Of a DNA stretch of 64,000 bases, positions 1 to 12,690 are shown piece after piece; the stretch's first letter is position 1; each line of letters begins with the position of its first letter. Position numbers and translations under genes: made by a program. The notes beneath the pieces were generated by a model that saw nothing but the letters and a program-made list of their open reading frames with translations, searched no databases and was not told where the DNA came from. This stretch comes from Coniocarpon cinnabarinum (Eukaryota), in assembly GCA_051942205.1 (NCBI GenBank), contig JAVECO010000021.1, positions 62,001-126,000 on the forward strand, in the 5' to 3' direction.

Positions 1-941
1 AACAAGAGGAAGGCGGTATCTCGCAGACAATGTCGGGGCTCACACAAAACTCCAATTTCGCTTCACAGGCCATACCATTTCCTATTTTCACAGCTATTGG
101 AGTCGCAGACGCTGATCAAGGCTCGTGCCTTCCAGTCGACGACTCGCTTCAATTTGAGATGACGCCATTCGAGTTCGGTAGTTGGGATAAAGGCTATGCC
201 AGCTTCATTTCATCGGAGTACCTTGGCTCACATGGGGACCAATGTGTGACGGGCTACGACAGACTGACTTATTTGATGGGTACTTCCTCGGACCTGCTCA
301 ATGAAGCGTTCTCCGTCCTACCAGCGGGTACCACGCAGCTGCTTCAGAATGTGCTCGACGAGTTTGATAAGACCACCTCAGACTGTCAATTTCTCCTCGC
401 CGCATACCCAGATCCTTGGCAAGACGATGCCGGCACGCTCTACCTCACGGACGGTGGGGAGAGTAACCAAAACAATCCAATTTGGCCTTTCCTGAATCAC
501 CGCGACGTTGATGTGCTTTTTGTGACAGACGTGTCAGCTGATGGTACCGACTCATTTCCGAACGGCACAGAGATTTACCATACGTATCAGCAAGCCCAGA
601 ACAACGGCCTCTCACGCATGCCAGTCATTCCTGACGCAGCTACTTTCGCCTCCCAAGGTCTAACGCAGCGTCCAACCTTCTTCGGCTGCAATGATGAGAA
701 TGTCATGACAATTCTGTGGATGCCTAATCAAGCCTACACTTTCCAAAGCAACACATCCGCAACGCAGCTCCAATACGATCCTGATCAGACCAATGCCATG
801 ATTAAGAACGGGAACGCGATCGCAACGTATGGAGACAGTGAGATATTCGGTGAGTGTGTGGGTTGTGCGATCATGAAGAAGACTGGGACGGCACTGCCAG
901 GGCCTTGTCAGAGCTGCTTTGAAAATTTCTGTTACAATTGA
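1..941 (+). CDS. Lysophospholipase / phospholipase B (PLA2_B family), 3' part; gene begins upstream of the window
   Basis: Frame is open from the window edge. Motifs FEMTPFEFGSWD, LMGTSS, LTDGGESNQNNPIWP, DVDV..DVSAD, RPTFFGC and the terminal C..CF..FCYN are typical of fungal PLBs. Confidence 0.9.
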   Translation, partial: QEEGGISQTMSGLTQNSNFASQAIPFPIFTAIGVADADQGSCLPVDDSLQFEMTPFEFGSWDKGYASFISSEYLGSHGDQCVTGYDRLTYLMGTSSDLLNEAFSVLPAGTTQLLQNVLDEFDKTTSDCQFLLAAYPDPWQDDAGTLYLTDGGESNQNNPIWPFLNHRDVDVLFVTDVSADGTDSFPNGTEIYHTYQQAQNNGLSRMPVIPDAATFASQGLTQRPTFFGCNDENVMTILWMPNQAYTFQSNTSATQLQYDPDQTNAMIKNGNAIATYGDSEIFGECVGCAIMKKTGTALPGPCQSCFENFCYN

Positions 942-1355
942 AATGTCTCCTCTCAAACGTCATCGCACATGTATTGTTCATCAAATGTTACTTCTTGCGG
1001 TTGTCGCCCTGCAAAATCGTGACGTGAGTGGAATCGAGCGAGAGCCCACAATAGGATTAATGTTCTCAATTTCACGTCATTGTGCTACTGTGTATATGCG
1101 GCTGGCGTCACAAATGCGGACCATGGTCGTGTGTGGAGCGAGTATGGTTAGGCTGAGCGCGAGTTCTCAACCACTCATTCAATGTTCCACGTTAGATACC
1201 CTACATGACAAGCACTGTCTTCCCATGTACAGTCTCTTCCCGGCAGCACCTATAGACTTCGCGAAGCGACACACTGTACTTTGAATACTCCAATTGTCGA
1301 ACCTTACAAGTCAGCTAAATTGCGCGCTCATACCAGTATACGACATCATACATCC

Positions 1356-2432
1356 ATGTCTCCAACAGCATTCCCAACGTTGCCTTTGGAGATCTGGCTT
1401 GCAATTGCGGCAAAGCTACCGGTTTCCGGAGAGGCCAGTCTCGCTCTTACTTGTCACCGATTCAAAAGTCTCTTACTCGGCGATGCCATCAACGACCTGA
1501 ACAATGATCCAGTCGAGAAATTGAAGCTGTTACAACTCTTAGACACCAATTTCCCACAGCATTATCTCTGCGGTACATGCTACAAATACCATCCCAGAGC
1601 ACACCCGCAGAAGTGCTCGAATCGAGCGGCAATTGTTCCCACTTTCCTTCATTTAGAGTTCAGAGACGTTCAATCGCACCTTCGCAATCAGCGACTCGGG
1701 TCAAAATATGGAAACCCCATGTCACTTCGAGTCAGTCGTTTTGATCCCAATTTTCCAGTGGGTTGCTGGTACTCCTTCAAGACTCGCGTTGTGGGAGGTC
1801 ATCTGCTTCTGCGCATCGTGAGCGAAAACATAATAAATGATATGACTGAGATCCAATGGGATTCTCGTGTACAATGGCTGACACAATGCACTCATTATTA
1901 TGACGAGATTGAGCACCTCTGTCAGTGTGCCGTCAGTCATACGCGTGCTTCGTCACCAAAGATTACTTCTGTCTTTCGCAGAGAAGTCATGCAGTGCGCG
2001 AAATGCTGGCAGCTGCGACGTTGTCACTCTTGCTCCTCCGAATACCTCGTGCGCATTCGACGGCGATGTTACCCGCTTGCCGGCTACAATTTGCAAGTCA
2101 TACGTTGGGTGGATCTTGGTGATGGTCAATTACCATTTTGTCCCGAGTGGCTTGCGGTTTCTGCACTAGGAAAGATCAGAACTTGGCGCGATGAGACATT
2201 CGATCTTCGCGGTCTGCCTCCAGCATGTCTGCGATTCGAGGGCAACTCTAAAAGATGGGTTGACGGCGAAGAGTTGAGCGAAAGATACATCGATCCTCTT
2301 TACAAAAGGCCGATTGGTTTGACGATGGGCACAGGCTGGGTAATTTCCAGGGCATCGACACGAATCGTCGCTCAATATGAGCCTGAAAATGGCAGGACCG
2401 TGAGGGTCTATCGTCTCGGCACCATAGTGTGA
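1356..2432 (+). CDS. F-box domain protein, fungal lineage-specific, with Cys/His-rich C-terminal region
   Basis: N-terminal F-box-like FPTLPLEIWLAIAAKLPVSGEASLALTCHRF; downstream CxxCxxxH, CxxC and RWVDLG motifs seen in fungal F-box proteins. ATG at 1356. Confidence 0.75.
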   Translation: MSPTAFPTLPLEIWLAIAAKLPVSGEASLALTCHRFKSLLLGDAINDLNNDPVEKLKLLQLLDTNFPQHYLCGTCYKYHPRAHPQKCSNRAAIVPTFLHLEFRDVQSHLRNQRLGSKYGNPMSLRVSRFDPNFPVGCWYSFKTRVVGGHLLLRIVSENIINDMTEIQWDSRVQWLTQCTHYYDEIEHLCQCAVSHTRASSPKITSVFRREVMQCAKCWQLRRCHSCSSEYLVRIRRRCYPLAGYNLQVIRWVDLGDGQLPFCPEWLAVSALGKIRTWRDETFDLRGLPPACLRFEGNSKRWVDGEELSERYIDPLYKRPIGLTMGTGWVISRASTRIVAQYEPENGRTVRVYRLGTIV

Positions 2433-3303
2433 CCCTAAATGCGACTCAGTTTTGTTGACATTGATGCAAGCAAGAGCAGGTTGTCCTGTCCATAGGTAAG
2501 CGAATGATATTTGCATCATTGAACATGAGCGAATTGCTTGTATAGTGTTCGCTTCGCGATCATGCTTTCTACAATAAATTGAAGAATTGAATCAACTCGG
2601 TAACAGAGTATGACTGTGGTCGTAACGGTGGTTCCTGCTCGAATTGTCGACCACCATGCAAGCAAGTCAAAGAGATGACGCGTTTTCATCAGAAGATGCA
2701 AGAGGCGACGTTTTAGAAGTTTTGGAAAAAGAAAAAAAGTTCAACGCGGGCTATGTCGATAGAGGTTTATGATCAAAGTGGATAATTACTGAGATCAACA
2801 GTTCGTTGCGCCAGTGCGCGGCAAGAAGACGATATCGGTACTGCCGGAGACTTGATGGAGCTGCTTCGATTGTCTTTGCTATTATTGGAAATTTGAATAT
2901 CAACTATGCTTGCTCATACATTGTTTGTTGCCGAAGCCAGTTTAAGCAGCAAGTCTATTTGATACTCAGAATCAGTTTGCAAATCTATGAGCGTGCTAGT
3001 AACACCCTGTTGCACTCCACAAGATGCTACTTTACTACGTTGCGATTGACAAGGTCAGACGTAGACTCCTACCCTGCCGTGTAAGTTCTGGTGTTGAACT
3101 TGACAGTGTGATAGGTCCGAGCTTGACGCACAAGTCTGCTGCTACATCTCAAAGTAGGTCGCTTCGAACGGGTCAGACCACGCTCTCCTCGCCTTGTCAC
3201 TCCTGTCGAGTCCCTGTCTTGCGGTAAAAGTATCTTGCACACCTCATTCGTCTGGTCGCGGCTGGTCGCAGAACGTTTCAGACGTTCCTCTCCTGCTTTC
3301 AAT

Positions 3304-4447
3304 ATGCCCGTCGACCAAGAGAAGCTCGCCAAGCTTCAGCAGAGCGTAAGAATAGGTATGTTCTGATCCGTATCCCAACCGCGCGCTTGACGACCTTGCA
3401 TTTGTCGCGATATTCTTGGCGACTCGTTACGATCCTGCTCTTCGCTGTCGAGTCGCGCTAACCTGCTAACAGGGTAATTCATCCATTTCCTTTGGTCCCG
3501 TTGGATGGAGTGGCTGTTCGAGTACCAACCTCGAAATTGGCGCTTGGACTGCTTTTCCTCCCTGGATTAGGCCAATTGACACTACGCCCTTGATCGTCCT
3601 TGAGAGCGCAACTATCTAGGCTAACGCAAGTCACATCCAGTGGAAAAGGAACCCCGCGACGGAAGAAAGTCCACAAGCCCAAGACCACTGGCGTTGATGA
3701 CAAGAAGCTACAAGCGACCCTCAAGAAGGTGGGCGTTCAGCCAATCACCGGCATTGAGGAGGTCAACATGTTCAAACGTACGTGCTCAACCCGGTTTTCT
3801 GCTCAGATGGGATGGTCTTGTCAAGATAAGCAATCTGAATGTTGGGCAAGAGCTAGTGTCGCGAGACACTTTGATGATCACGAAATGAGAGTGGAGAGCA
3901 GGCCAAAAGTCACAGCGGCAGACAAAGCTTGCGCAGATCGAACATTCCTGCAGGAGGACCAGTTTGCTGACTTGTGTGCAAACAGAGGACGGCAATGTAA
4001 TTCATTTCTCAGCGCCACGAGGTTCGTCACCATTCCTACTTAAACTCTTACTCCGACGTAACACTGGCGAGAGGGGCTTCCGCGTATTTCTCGCGTCTTG
4101 CGAAGCATTCTAAAGCCGGACCGATTGCTCCCAAAGTCCTTTCCTCGTTGCGGTCAGTCTCACTAACATACGAAATCGCAGTGCAAGCATCTCTACCAGC
4201 CAACACGTTCAGCCTCTACGGCAATGGCGAAGACAAAGAGCTAACCGAGCTCGTCCCGGGTATCCTCAACCAACTCGGCCCCGACTCCCTCGCCAGTCTC
4301 CGCAAACTGGCCGAAAGCTACCAGAGCATGCAGAAAGAAAAGGGCGGCGAGAACGGCGACGAGAAGAAGGAGGGCGAAGGCGACGATGACATTCCCGACC
4401 TTGTGGAGGGACAAAAGTTTGGAGAAGAGGGCGAGACCGTGGATTAG
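3304..4447 (+). CDS. EGD1: Nascent polypeptide-associated complex subunit beta (BTF3). Exons 3304-3355, 3473 (1 nt), 3641-3777, 3986-4021, 4182-4447
   Basis: Spliced product [30 protein letters not shown]...[68 protein letters not shown]...DDDIPDLVE. All introns are GT..AG with CTRAC branch sites. Confidence 0.95.
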
Positions 4448-5424
4448 GCGTCTGCCAAGTCAAATGCTCTGGCTTACCCGAGGCTGTGAATATCGAAAAG
4501 GGTGAACCTTTGAATGTTCATTGAAAATGGTGCTGTTCGATGGTCCAGCGCAAAGTCGCAGTTCAAACGACTCGAATGCTCCAATGAATGGCAAACACGG
4601 CTGTCACACGATCGCTTGGCTGAGCAGCTTGCTCTTGGCTCAAAGCAGTGCAGTGAAGAGTCGATCTGATCTGCCCGTTTTTATGCAATCTGTCTCCACC
4701 GCGATTTCTCGACCCTTTCCGCGAAAGCCACATTCTCACTGCATGCCAATACAGTAAGATCTTTCCATTGAACGCCCCGCCGCCCCCAGCATTGCCATTC
4801 TGCTCCCTGACCCGCAGTGCTACTCCGTCTCACAGCTCAATATCATCTCTCGTCTTTTGCAACTCTCGTCGACCACAAATGAGCACATCGTTGACCGATA
4901 ACAGTGTGCAGCTCTCAGCATGGGCCATGCCATCCAATGTTAATACCCATGTCTTGTGTGTTTCTCGTGGTGTTGAAGGTGCACCTCGAGGTTTTGTTCG
5001 TCTTCTTGTCATGTTGCTGCATTGCAAACACACATTTTTGGTGCAGTACAGGGGAAGTACTTAGACCGTGCTTGCTTCCATTGCTCATTGACGAATGTCC
5101 ACGTTGTGCATTGTCTTTAAGGAGTAATCTCAGTGACTGCCCAGCAGAGGAGGTTGCCATTCTATGCACGTAGTCATCCTCTCAGAGTCACCTTTTCCTA
5201 TTTTCGCAGGCAATGAATAGCATACACGACTGTTAGCACTTTCTTCGCGCGTTCATCCTGTGTTCGAATGAGAGACACAGCTGGAGCGGATGGAATGATC
5301 ATGTATTTTGTTCCATGGTCTGTACACTTCGTATGTGCATCTCAAGTACTATTATGGGTATCATCGTCATCATCAGCCATGCGAGCATCCCACCGTCCTC
5401 ACGACAGCCTCCACAAGAGTCCTT

Positions 5425-8221
5425 TTATAATGCATAATTCTCCGCGTGCATGAAAATCTCATCCCGTGCCGACCCTTTGACAACGGTACTCTGCAACTCC
5501 GCCACTGCCTTCTGTACATCAACCCGCATAGCCGGGGGCCCACACACAAACACACAAGCTCGTCTTCCAACCATGCCCTCGCCGCCTCTGCCCTCCGCAT
5601 CCACCTTGGCCGCCTTACCGAGGCTTCGTCGCAGGAAAAACGGCAGATCGGGACGGCCGTACTCGGTGCTCCAGCCGTCTGCGCGATTACCGCGCGACGC
5701 AGGCAAGAACGCGAAGCGCATGAGGGACTTTTGAAACTCCGTCGGCGTCGAGGGAAAGCCGAAGTCGAAGTTTTGAGGACCACGGTGGTCGTAATAGGGA
5801 TTTGAATTTTGAGCTTGCACAGGGGCTGGCTGGATCTCGTCGTCTGTAAACCGCGTGTGCTGCTGCTGCGACGGCGGAGACGACGAAAGAGGCTGAGGAT
5901 GACTATACTGCCCATGCTGACCACCTGAACTCGTATAGTCATTCACAGCGGCGCCCTGCTGCGTGATATCCACGGGCTTATGAAAATACGTATCCGGATG
6001 CGCGGTCGCATTCTGCGCCGCCTGAATGTCAAGCGCCAACTTCTGGCTGCGGCGTTTCTCTGCAATTGTGCGGGCCGGTATGGGTCGCTGACCCATTTCT
6101 GGGCTTGCGGCGTTGGGCGAGCTCGACACCTTGGCGCCTTGCGTCACGACGTGTGCTTTGGGCAGAGCCGTTAGATTGTCTTCGCGCTCCCGTCGCAGCT
6201 CTGCTTCTTTCTCAGCGTCGCCTTGGGCTTCGGCGGCGATGAGCGCGGAGGTGCGCCCACCCGAGAGTTCTGAGAAGTGCGAATGTCGCTTATTTGCGAT
6301 GTCCTGGAACGTGTCATTGACCTTGTCGTGAAAATTGAGGCCCATGGGTCGAGACGGCGTGTGTGCCGAGACGAGCTGACCCGTCGCAGCGAGGCGTTTG
6401 GCCGCGGTGATGTAAAATTGACAAGTCACGGAGTCAGGCGGTGCGAATTCCCGACAGATGCGCAACTCTTCTTTGAACCATTCCATTGTCTCGGGTCGTT
6501 TCAGTGCCCAGATGATCTGCACGCGTTTGGTCACGGCCTTACCGTCGCGCATGTGCTTGATCAGGTCAAGCAGATGGGAGATGAGGGCTGTGATGCCGGA
6601 GCCGCCAGCAATGAGGACGACGTGGTCGAAAGAGGAGATTTCACGCTTCACGCCGCCATAAGGACCGTCGATGAAGGCGCGATAGGTATGCCAGGGTCCC
6701 TTTTCAATGGCCGAGTTGAGGACTTTGCGGGTGAAGCCGGAGAATGGGCGGAAGAGAAGGACCATATCCCGGTATCCTTCTCCGTATTCTGAGGGAAAGT
6801 CTTCGCTGCAGAGTGAAGTCACTGTGAAGGGGTGATTCTCGAACACGCTGATGCCTGGCATTCGCAGGTACACGTATTGACCTGGCTTCCAACGGACCTG
6901 CGTGGGAATGGTGATCTTGATGGCGTTCTCGGGCATGAGATACACAGCGCACTCGTCACCAATGAGCCACGCCATTTTGAAAGGGTTCGTCCAGTTCAGG
7001 GTGAAGAGCCGCGCGACCAGGCAAACGACCCAGATTGCCACGGTGCTGAAGAGGTAGTCCCACGAGGTGAGGTAGTTGTTACAATGCCAGAACATCATCG
7101 CCAGAAAGACAATCGCAGCGGGGACATGAAGCGCCACGAAAAGCTCGTACATAAAATGTCGAAAGAGGGGGAAGGAATGGACGCAAAGGAAAATTAGCGG
7201 GACGAGAGCGGCCCATCCTAGGGCACATTAGCTGACAACTTGGGGGTGCTGGACGCCTTGGAATCGACTCACCGGTGCCGTAAATGTAAATCCCAGTGTT
7301 GAAGTAAGAATGAAAAACCCGATATCCACCTTTGTCCCATATCGGCGTGACGTAGAATGGTACAGTATGCACTAATGCGAGAAACAAACACAACCAGCCT
7401 CCCCAACGATGCAGGACGTTCAACCGCTCATGCCCAATGCCTGTAAGAAGAGTGATGAGGTTGGTCTTCATGCTCAGCGCCACGAGCCACGGCATCATGG
7501 AAACCGCAATCATGCCAGACCGAATCGCGAGGGGTGGCGATCCAAATCGGATGCTTTGCCAGTAGAGCGGCTGTGGAACGAAACAGTACAGCACTGCGAA
7601 ACACAGTGCAGCAAAGGATATAACAAGGACTGCTAATGATGGAAAGCTGATGGGTCGCCATCTCTTGTGGAGCTTGACGACGGGAGTGGGTCGGTAGAAG
7701 AAATACCTGAACAGCGCGATGAGGTCGTTGATGGGTTTGAATGAGGAAATGACAGACTCTTGTGCCAGCTCCTCGGGCGGTAGCTGCACAGGATTGACTC
7801 GGGGAAAGAGCTTGTTCGTCGAGCGGTCGGTGTATAGATTGGCCATCTCATACGGCGTCTCAGGGGAGTCCAGGTAAGGCGAAGCTGTCATGTCGGTGGC
7901 CTTGGCCTTGTGCTGTGCTCTCCGGACTTTGTCTGACCACAAATAGTACAGTCGTGTGGCAATGGCGAAGGCCAGCAAAATGACGCAGAAGTATAGCCAT
8001 CCTCGCGCGTACTTGTCTGCTTGCGACCACGGGTCTTTTGTGACTGCTTCGATCAGTCCGGGAGGCGCAAGAGAGGTGTTGAAGGGAGGTAATTGGACGC
8101 GCTTAACGAGCGATGGACCTCTCGTCCAAGTGATGTTAGGTAGAGGCGCAAGAGTCTGTTGCGTCGTGGGCTCCATGACAGCGCCAGCGCTCTCGAGCAG
8201 CCCTCGGGGTATCCTGGACAT
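5425..8221 (-). CDS. Ferric/cupric reductase-like transmembrane oxidoreductase (FRE/NOX family); intron 7218-7272
   Basis: Heme-His TM helices (LNVLHRW, LVHT, ALH, FWH), FAD-binding HPFT, DGPYG, NAD(P)H-binding IAGGSG, CGP and terminal HAENY. A GTGAG..CTAAT..CTAG intron joins the two ORFs in frame (YGTG|WAALVP). Confidence 0.92.
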
Positions 8222-10008
8222 AACGTCCGTCCGTTTGTGAGCTGTCCGAGCTCTCGCCCAGACGGCTTCGACACGAGAGGAATCGCTGCTGTCGGGGCTA
8301 TCGCAACGATGCCAGTTTGCTTCTAGGCAAGACCTGTACCATTGAGTGCGCCCAGAGAATTCAACGAGTGTCGATCACCGCTTCGGTGGCGTGGTGGGGC
8401 TCTTGCGATGAGGTGTCCGACCGGGATCAGCTCATGTCAGATCGCACAAGGACAGTTGGCTCAGCGTTTCAAGAAGCGCTGTGTAAGGATATACAGCAGG
8501 AGCAACAGACAGGTAAGCAGGATGTCAGGTCATACAGGTGGGATCTACGCAAAAAGACAAGAACCAGGACGAGGGAGAGGAGCACGAGCAGAAGTACGAA
8601 ACAGAGGTGGAGTCCGCGCAGCGCGAGAAGAGCGTGGGCGGCGACCAACGATGCAAGGGACGAGGAGGAGGATCCGAAACGATGTAAGCGCCGTGGCAAT
8701 GGGGGGAGGGCAGGTGCGCCTCATGCACGCCGACATTGGAAGAGTCGATGTGATGTGCCTCAGTCCGAGTGCATGCGCCGGATGTGACGGGCTCTTGCGA
8801 CGTCGTCGAGGGGTGTCTGTCGCTCTCTCTTGATCGCTGGCCGAGCCGATGCGCACTGGCATTGAGGAGCGTCGCTTGGGGTGAGTAGAGTTGGGGATAG
8901 AGGTGCTTTGGTCCGTTATCGACCCCCGCAGATCGCGTTCAAGGTTGGGCGTCGTGGCCAATGGCGAATAGAAGGCAGCAGATGGAGAAGCCAGACGAGA
9001 GTGGAGAGTGGAGATCGACAGCCCGAAGGAGCCTAGCGGGACGGGCGGGGGAGCGCCGCATCTGTTCCATGGCTCGACTTAGACGCGGTGCCACAATCTG
9101 TCATTCGTTCCTCTCCTCGTCCCCTCACAGATGCGCTCCACCACTCACAACGTCGGAGAAGCCACTGAGCATCACGTGACTTGTAACCTGCTCTCGTTCA
9201 TTGGCCAAGTCTCTCTTTGTAGACGCCGTGACGGCTGTGTGCTGGCCTCGCCGCCATCACATCACGCATCCGTGCGCCGTGCTCCAACAAGCCACAACAC
9301 TGGGTTTCATCAATGGCGACATCGCCCTCTCCGTCATCACGGAATTTGACATTTCTCAGCCAGCGTATCTAAACTCGTGCCCACGGTGCCAAACCTTCCC
9401 AGAACCAAGCTCAATCAGACCGGGGGTATCTTTGCTTCCTCCATGATCCAAACCTGTCATACATAATTAGATATTGGTACATTGCTCTCGAACGATTTAC
9501 TTCATGTCCTTCTCCTCATTCTCTGCCGATGCCGCCTGAAACGGACCGCTCTTGCGGTACGCACGTGAACCTTCAGATTTCGAATGCCATGCAGCCTTGC
9601 GTCTCCTGAAACTGTGCATGTTTAGCCGCCAGGCACACGAGCCGTTGTGACCGGCCTCCTGGTAAGACCACAGCGCTGGTTCCGCCTCGGATGTCTTACT
9701 TTGGATTGTGGTAACCCTTTGATGTTTTCGGGGTTCGAGATTGCTTGTTCAGAAACCAATTCAGTGTCTTGAATTTTGGCGTCGAGGACTGGATCGGTTG
9801 CACTGATGTGAATCACACGGGTAATATGTCAGCAAAGGCCGGGTGCATTTCGACCGCGAAGTGCTGACGACCGTGGTCGATCGACGAGCGTTACAATGAG
9901 CCATAATGGCATAGCAACAAGTTGCGTTGTGGACTACAGTAAAGACTGTGAAAAGATGGGTGACCGAACAGCCATCAGACGAAGCTGGAGACTGCATGTC
10001 AACAATGC

Positions 10009-11243
10009 TCAAGTCTTGGGCCGATCCGTCAGCATTTCTGGAAGGTGTAAGTCCTCATAATGGGCAACAGGCCCTGACAGTGGTGGGTGGATTTGATGAC
10101 GAGTAGGCACAGGGCTGGGCAGACGGGTTCTTTCATCCTCCGGTTCCTTGCCTGTAGACGGACTTATGTTGCTGGCCCGTGAATGATGTCGCAAGTGTGT
10201 TTTGAGCATGATTTCGCTGATATCGGTGCAGTTGGTCATTCGCCGCTCCATGCTTTCTTCTCCAAGCGGATCTTCTTGAGCGCGCTCGCGTGCAGTGAAG
10301 TAAGCCCACTGAGCGTAAGCGTCTGAGTGAGCCTGAGGTGTAGTAGGAGAATCGGCGCTACTAAAAGTGGTTCCGTGCTCCAGCGTCGTTCTTTGAAGAC
10401 CGTCACGTCGCAGCTTGTGCCGCATCAAGCGATCGAGCGCAGTTTTGAAATCATCGAGGATGATACTGTCTGTCAGACATTTGAAGACGGTGCTCAGCTT
10501 CCAAAAGGGGTTCAGGCCGTCCGGTAACGCGCTGTCAAGGACGTGGGTGACACTGAGGACGTCGAGGATGATGAAAATGACGGAAAGTAACATGGCACCA
10601 AGCAGCACTCCGAATCTTGGGGAGATCCAGACCAGCGTGGGAAGAGCGATGCGATAATGTGTGGCGATCTTGTAGAAGAGGAAGATGGTCGTAACGATCC
10701 ACCACGGATCTCTGAAGATGGCTTCGTAGGGTCGCGTGGTCGTAAACATGTCATTGTAGCCATTGAAGAATGCGAAGTTTGCGTATATCTCGACCCCCCA
10801 ATACGGAAATGAGAGGCATACAGTGGCGATGAATATGCGCGACCACTTCTTGTCCAAGAAGGGCTTGATCTTGAGCCAAGAGATCACATTGTGAAGACAC
10901 CACGAAGTATTTAATGGGATGGCGGTTGCCGATAGGTACCAGCCGTAGACAGGTGGATGTGGGAAGATGAAGGTACCCATGAATGATCCCAAGACCAACT
11001 AATGGCCATGAGTTAGGAACGGGCACCAATTTGTATGCACACTGGAGCGCGACTTACCTCCAACAGAATGAGCTTGTGTAGGATGACCCCCCGTCGCATG
11101 TTTGCCAAAGTAATCGCCATCATGATCACCAGCGACCCAACCATGTAGCCTTGCGCCCATGATTCCAGGATGAGCCCGTCGGGGTCTGATGGCTTCGCCG
11201 GAGCCTCGAAACGCTTGCTGTAGACGTTCGCCAACGGCGCCAT
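10009..11243 (-). CDS. Conserved fungal multi-pass (about 6-7 TM) membrane protein of unknown function; intron 10999-11057
   Basis: Spliced ...WAQGYMVGSLVIMMAITLANMRRGVILHKLILLE|LVLGSFMGTFIF... with several hydrophobic segments, GLNPFWK..VFKCLTD motif and a polar cytosolic tail. Intron is GTAAG..CTAAC..TAG. Confidence 0.8.
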
Positions 11244-12690
11244 GATGCCAGTCAATGAAGCCAGGCCCGCAGGCCCAACAGCAGCCACGGTGGTGGAGGA
11301 GAAGAGGGAGTTGCAGCGACTGGAGGATTGGAGCAATTTGGGACAGGGCCAAGCGCCCGAGTCAGGTCACTGGCATGGCCGCTCGGCCAGACGGGAGAGG
11401 GGCGCTCACAAGGCTCTCGTCGTAATGACAGCCGTTGAGATGGACGAGGACGAGGAAGCGTATCGAAGATCGACAGTGGAGATGCAAGGGTCTCAGGACG
11501 CAAGTGAAGGCGACGAGGAGGTAGCCGGGTATGAGGCAGGTAAGAAATAGAGTCGAGCAGCGCAGCGTTCGAAAGCGGCGAAGGGTGGCGCGCAGTGTCG
11601 AATGAGCGAGTCGGCCAAGAGGTCGAAGGGGTTCACAAGGAGGAGAGCAAGGAAGGTCTGGATCGGAGGAGGTGCTAGCTGCGGCGAAGGCGACCTGGGG
11701 TAGACCGCGTGACAGTAGCGTGAGCGTGAATGACAGCCTGCAGTGTGGAAATGGTCGAGGCTAAGGGCTAGTGACAGGGCGAGGAGGGGGAAAACGCACG
11801 CGAGAAGACGTTTGTGGGGGAGGAGAGAGAGGGAGCGAGTGAGATGGAGGGAGAGAAGAGCGAGGGCGGCAGGACTCGAGAGTCGAGATCCTCGCAGGAG
11901 TACTTTTGTATTCGCAAGTAGTCCTTCAGCGTTGGCCGTGGCGGCGTTCAGCTCGCAGTCAGGTCTTCCTCGTGTGGATGGCGATGGCGCACTGCTTGCA
12001 GGCTGTCATACTCGGGCGCATGAACACGAAGGTACAAGGTGAGCCTCGAGCGTCAGACTGGAGGGTGTCTCGGCAGCCAGGAAATCGATAAACTGGAGAC
12101 CTGAGGAGCTTGAACACGGCCAATAGGCGACGCCCGGCGCTCGTGATGTGGCCGCGGTAGCCGACGTGCCGGGGAGCTAGTCCCGAAGTCGCTAGTCAGA
12201 TTGGAGCTCAAATCACATGCTGGCACCTGACTTTCGAATGCTCGCAGACTTCCATTGCCTGTCACAATGCCGGTGCATCAATTGCCCGGACCGAGCGTCA
12301 TGCACGTGACTCATGGGTATAGGTGTGCTTGGCTACCCTGCCAGCTCTCACAAAGCTGAGTAAGCGGACATGCTCGACCGATGACCGATTCAGCAGGGAT
12401 ATGCTGCAAACACTTCCTGCTCTCGCGGAGTACGTGATGCTGACAAAGCTTCATTATAAGTATCACAGGAGCTCTTGACATATATGAACGAGATTTGCAC
12501 AATATCCTGGTGCCAGGAAAAGATCGGAGAGCAGATATACCGAATGTTGGAAGCGGTGTCCGTAACAAGTCTTCGTTCACGCACTTGAGTCGCGTCACGA
12601 GCGTAGAAAACTCTCTTCCAATATTCTGCGGTGCACGTGGACTCCGAAAGGGCTCCTCACGTCGTAGACCAATATTAGTTCCTCTGCGCC

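Noticed and set aside
3778..3985. Possible box C/D snoRNA in the long EGD1 intron 3 (TGATGA near 3871)
   Set aside because: No convincing terminal stem, D box or rRNA-complementary guide could be identified by eye.
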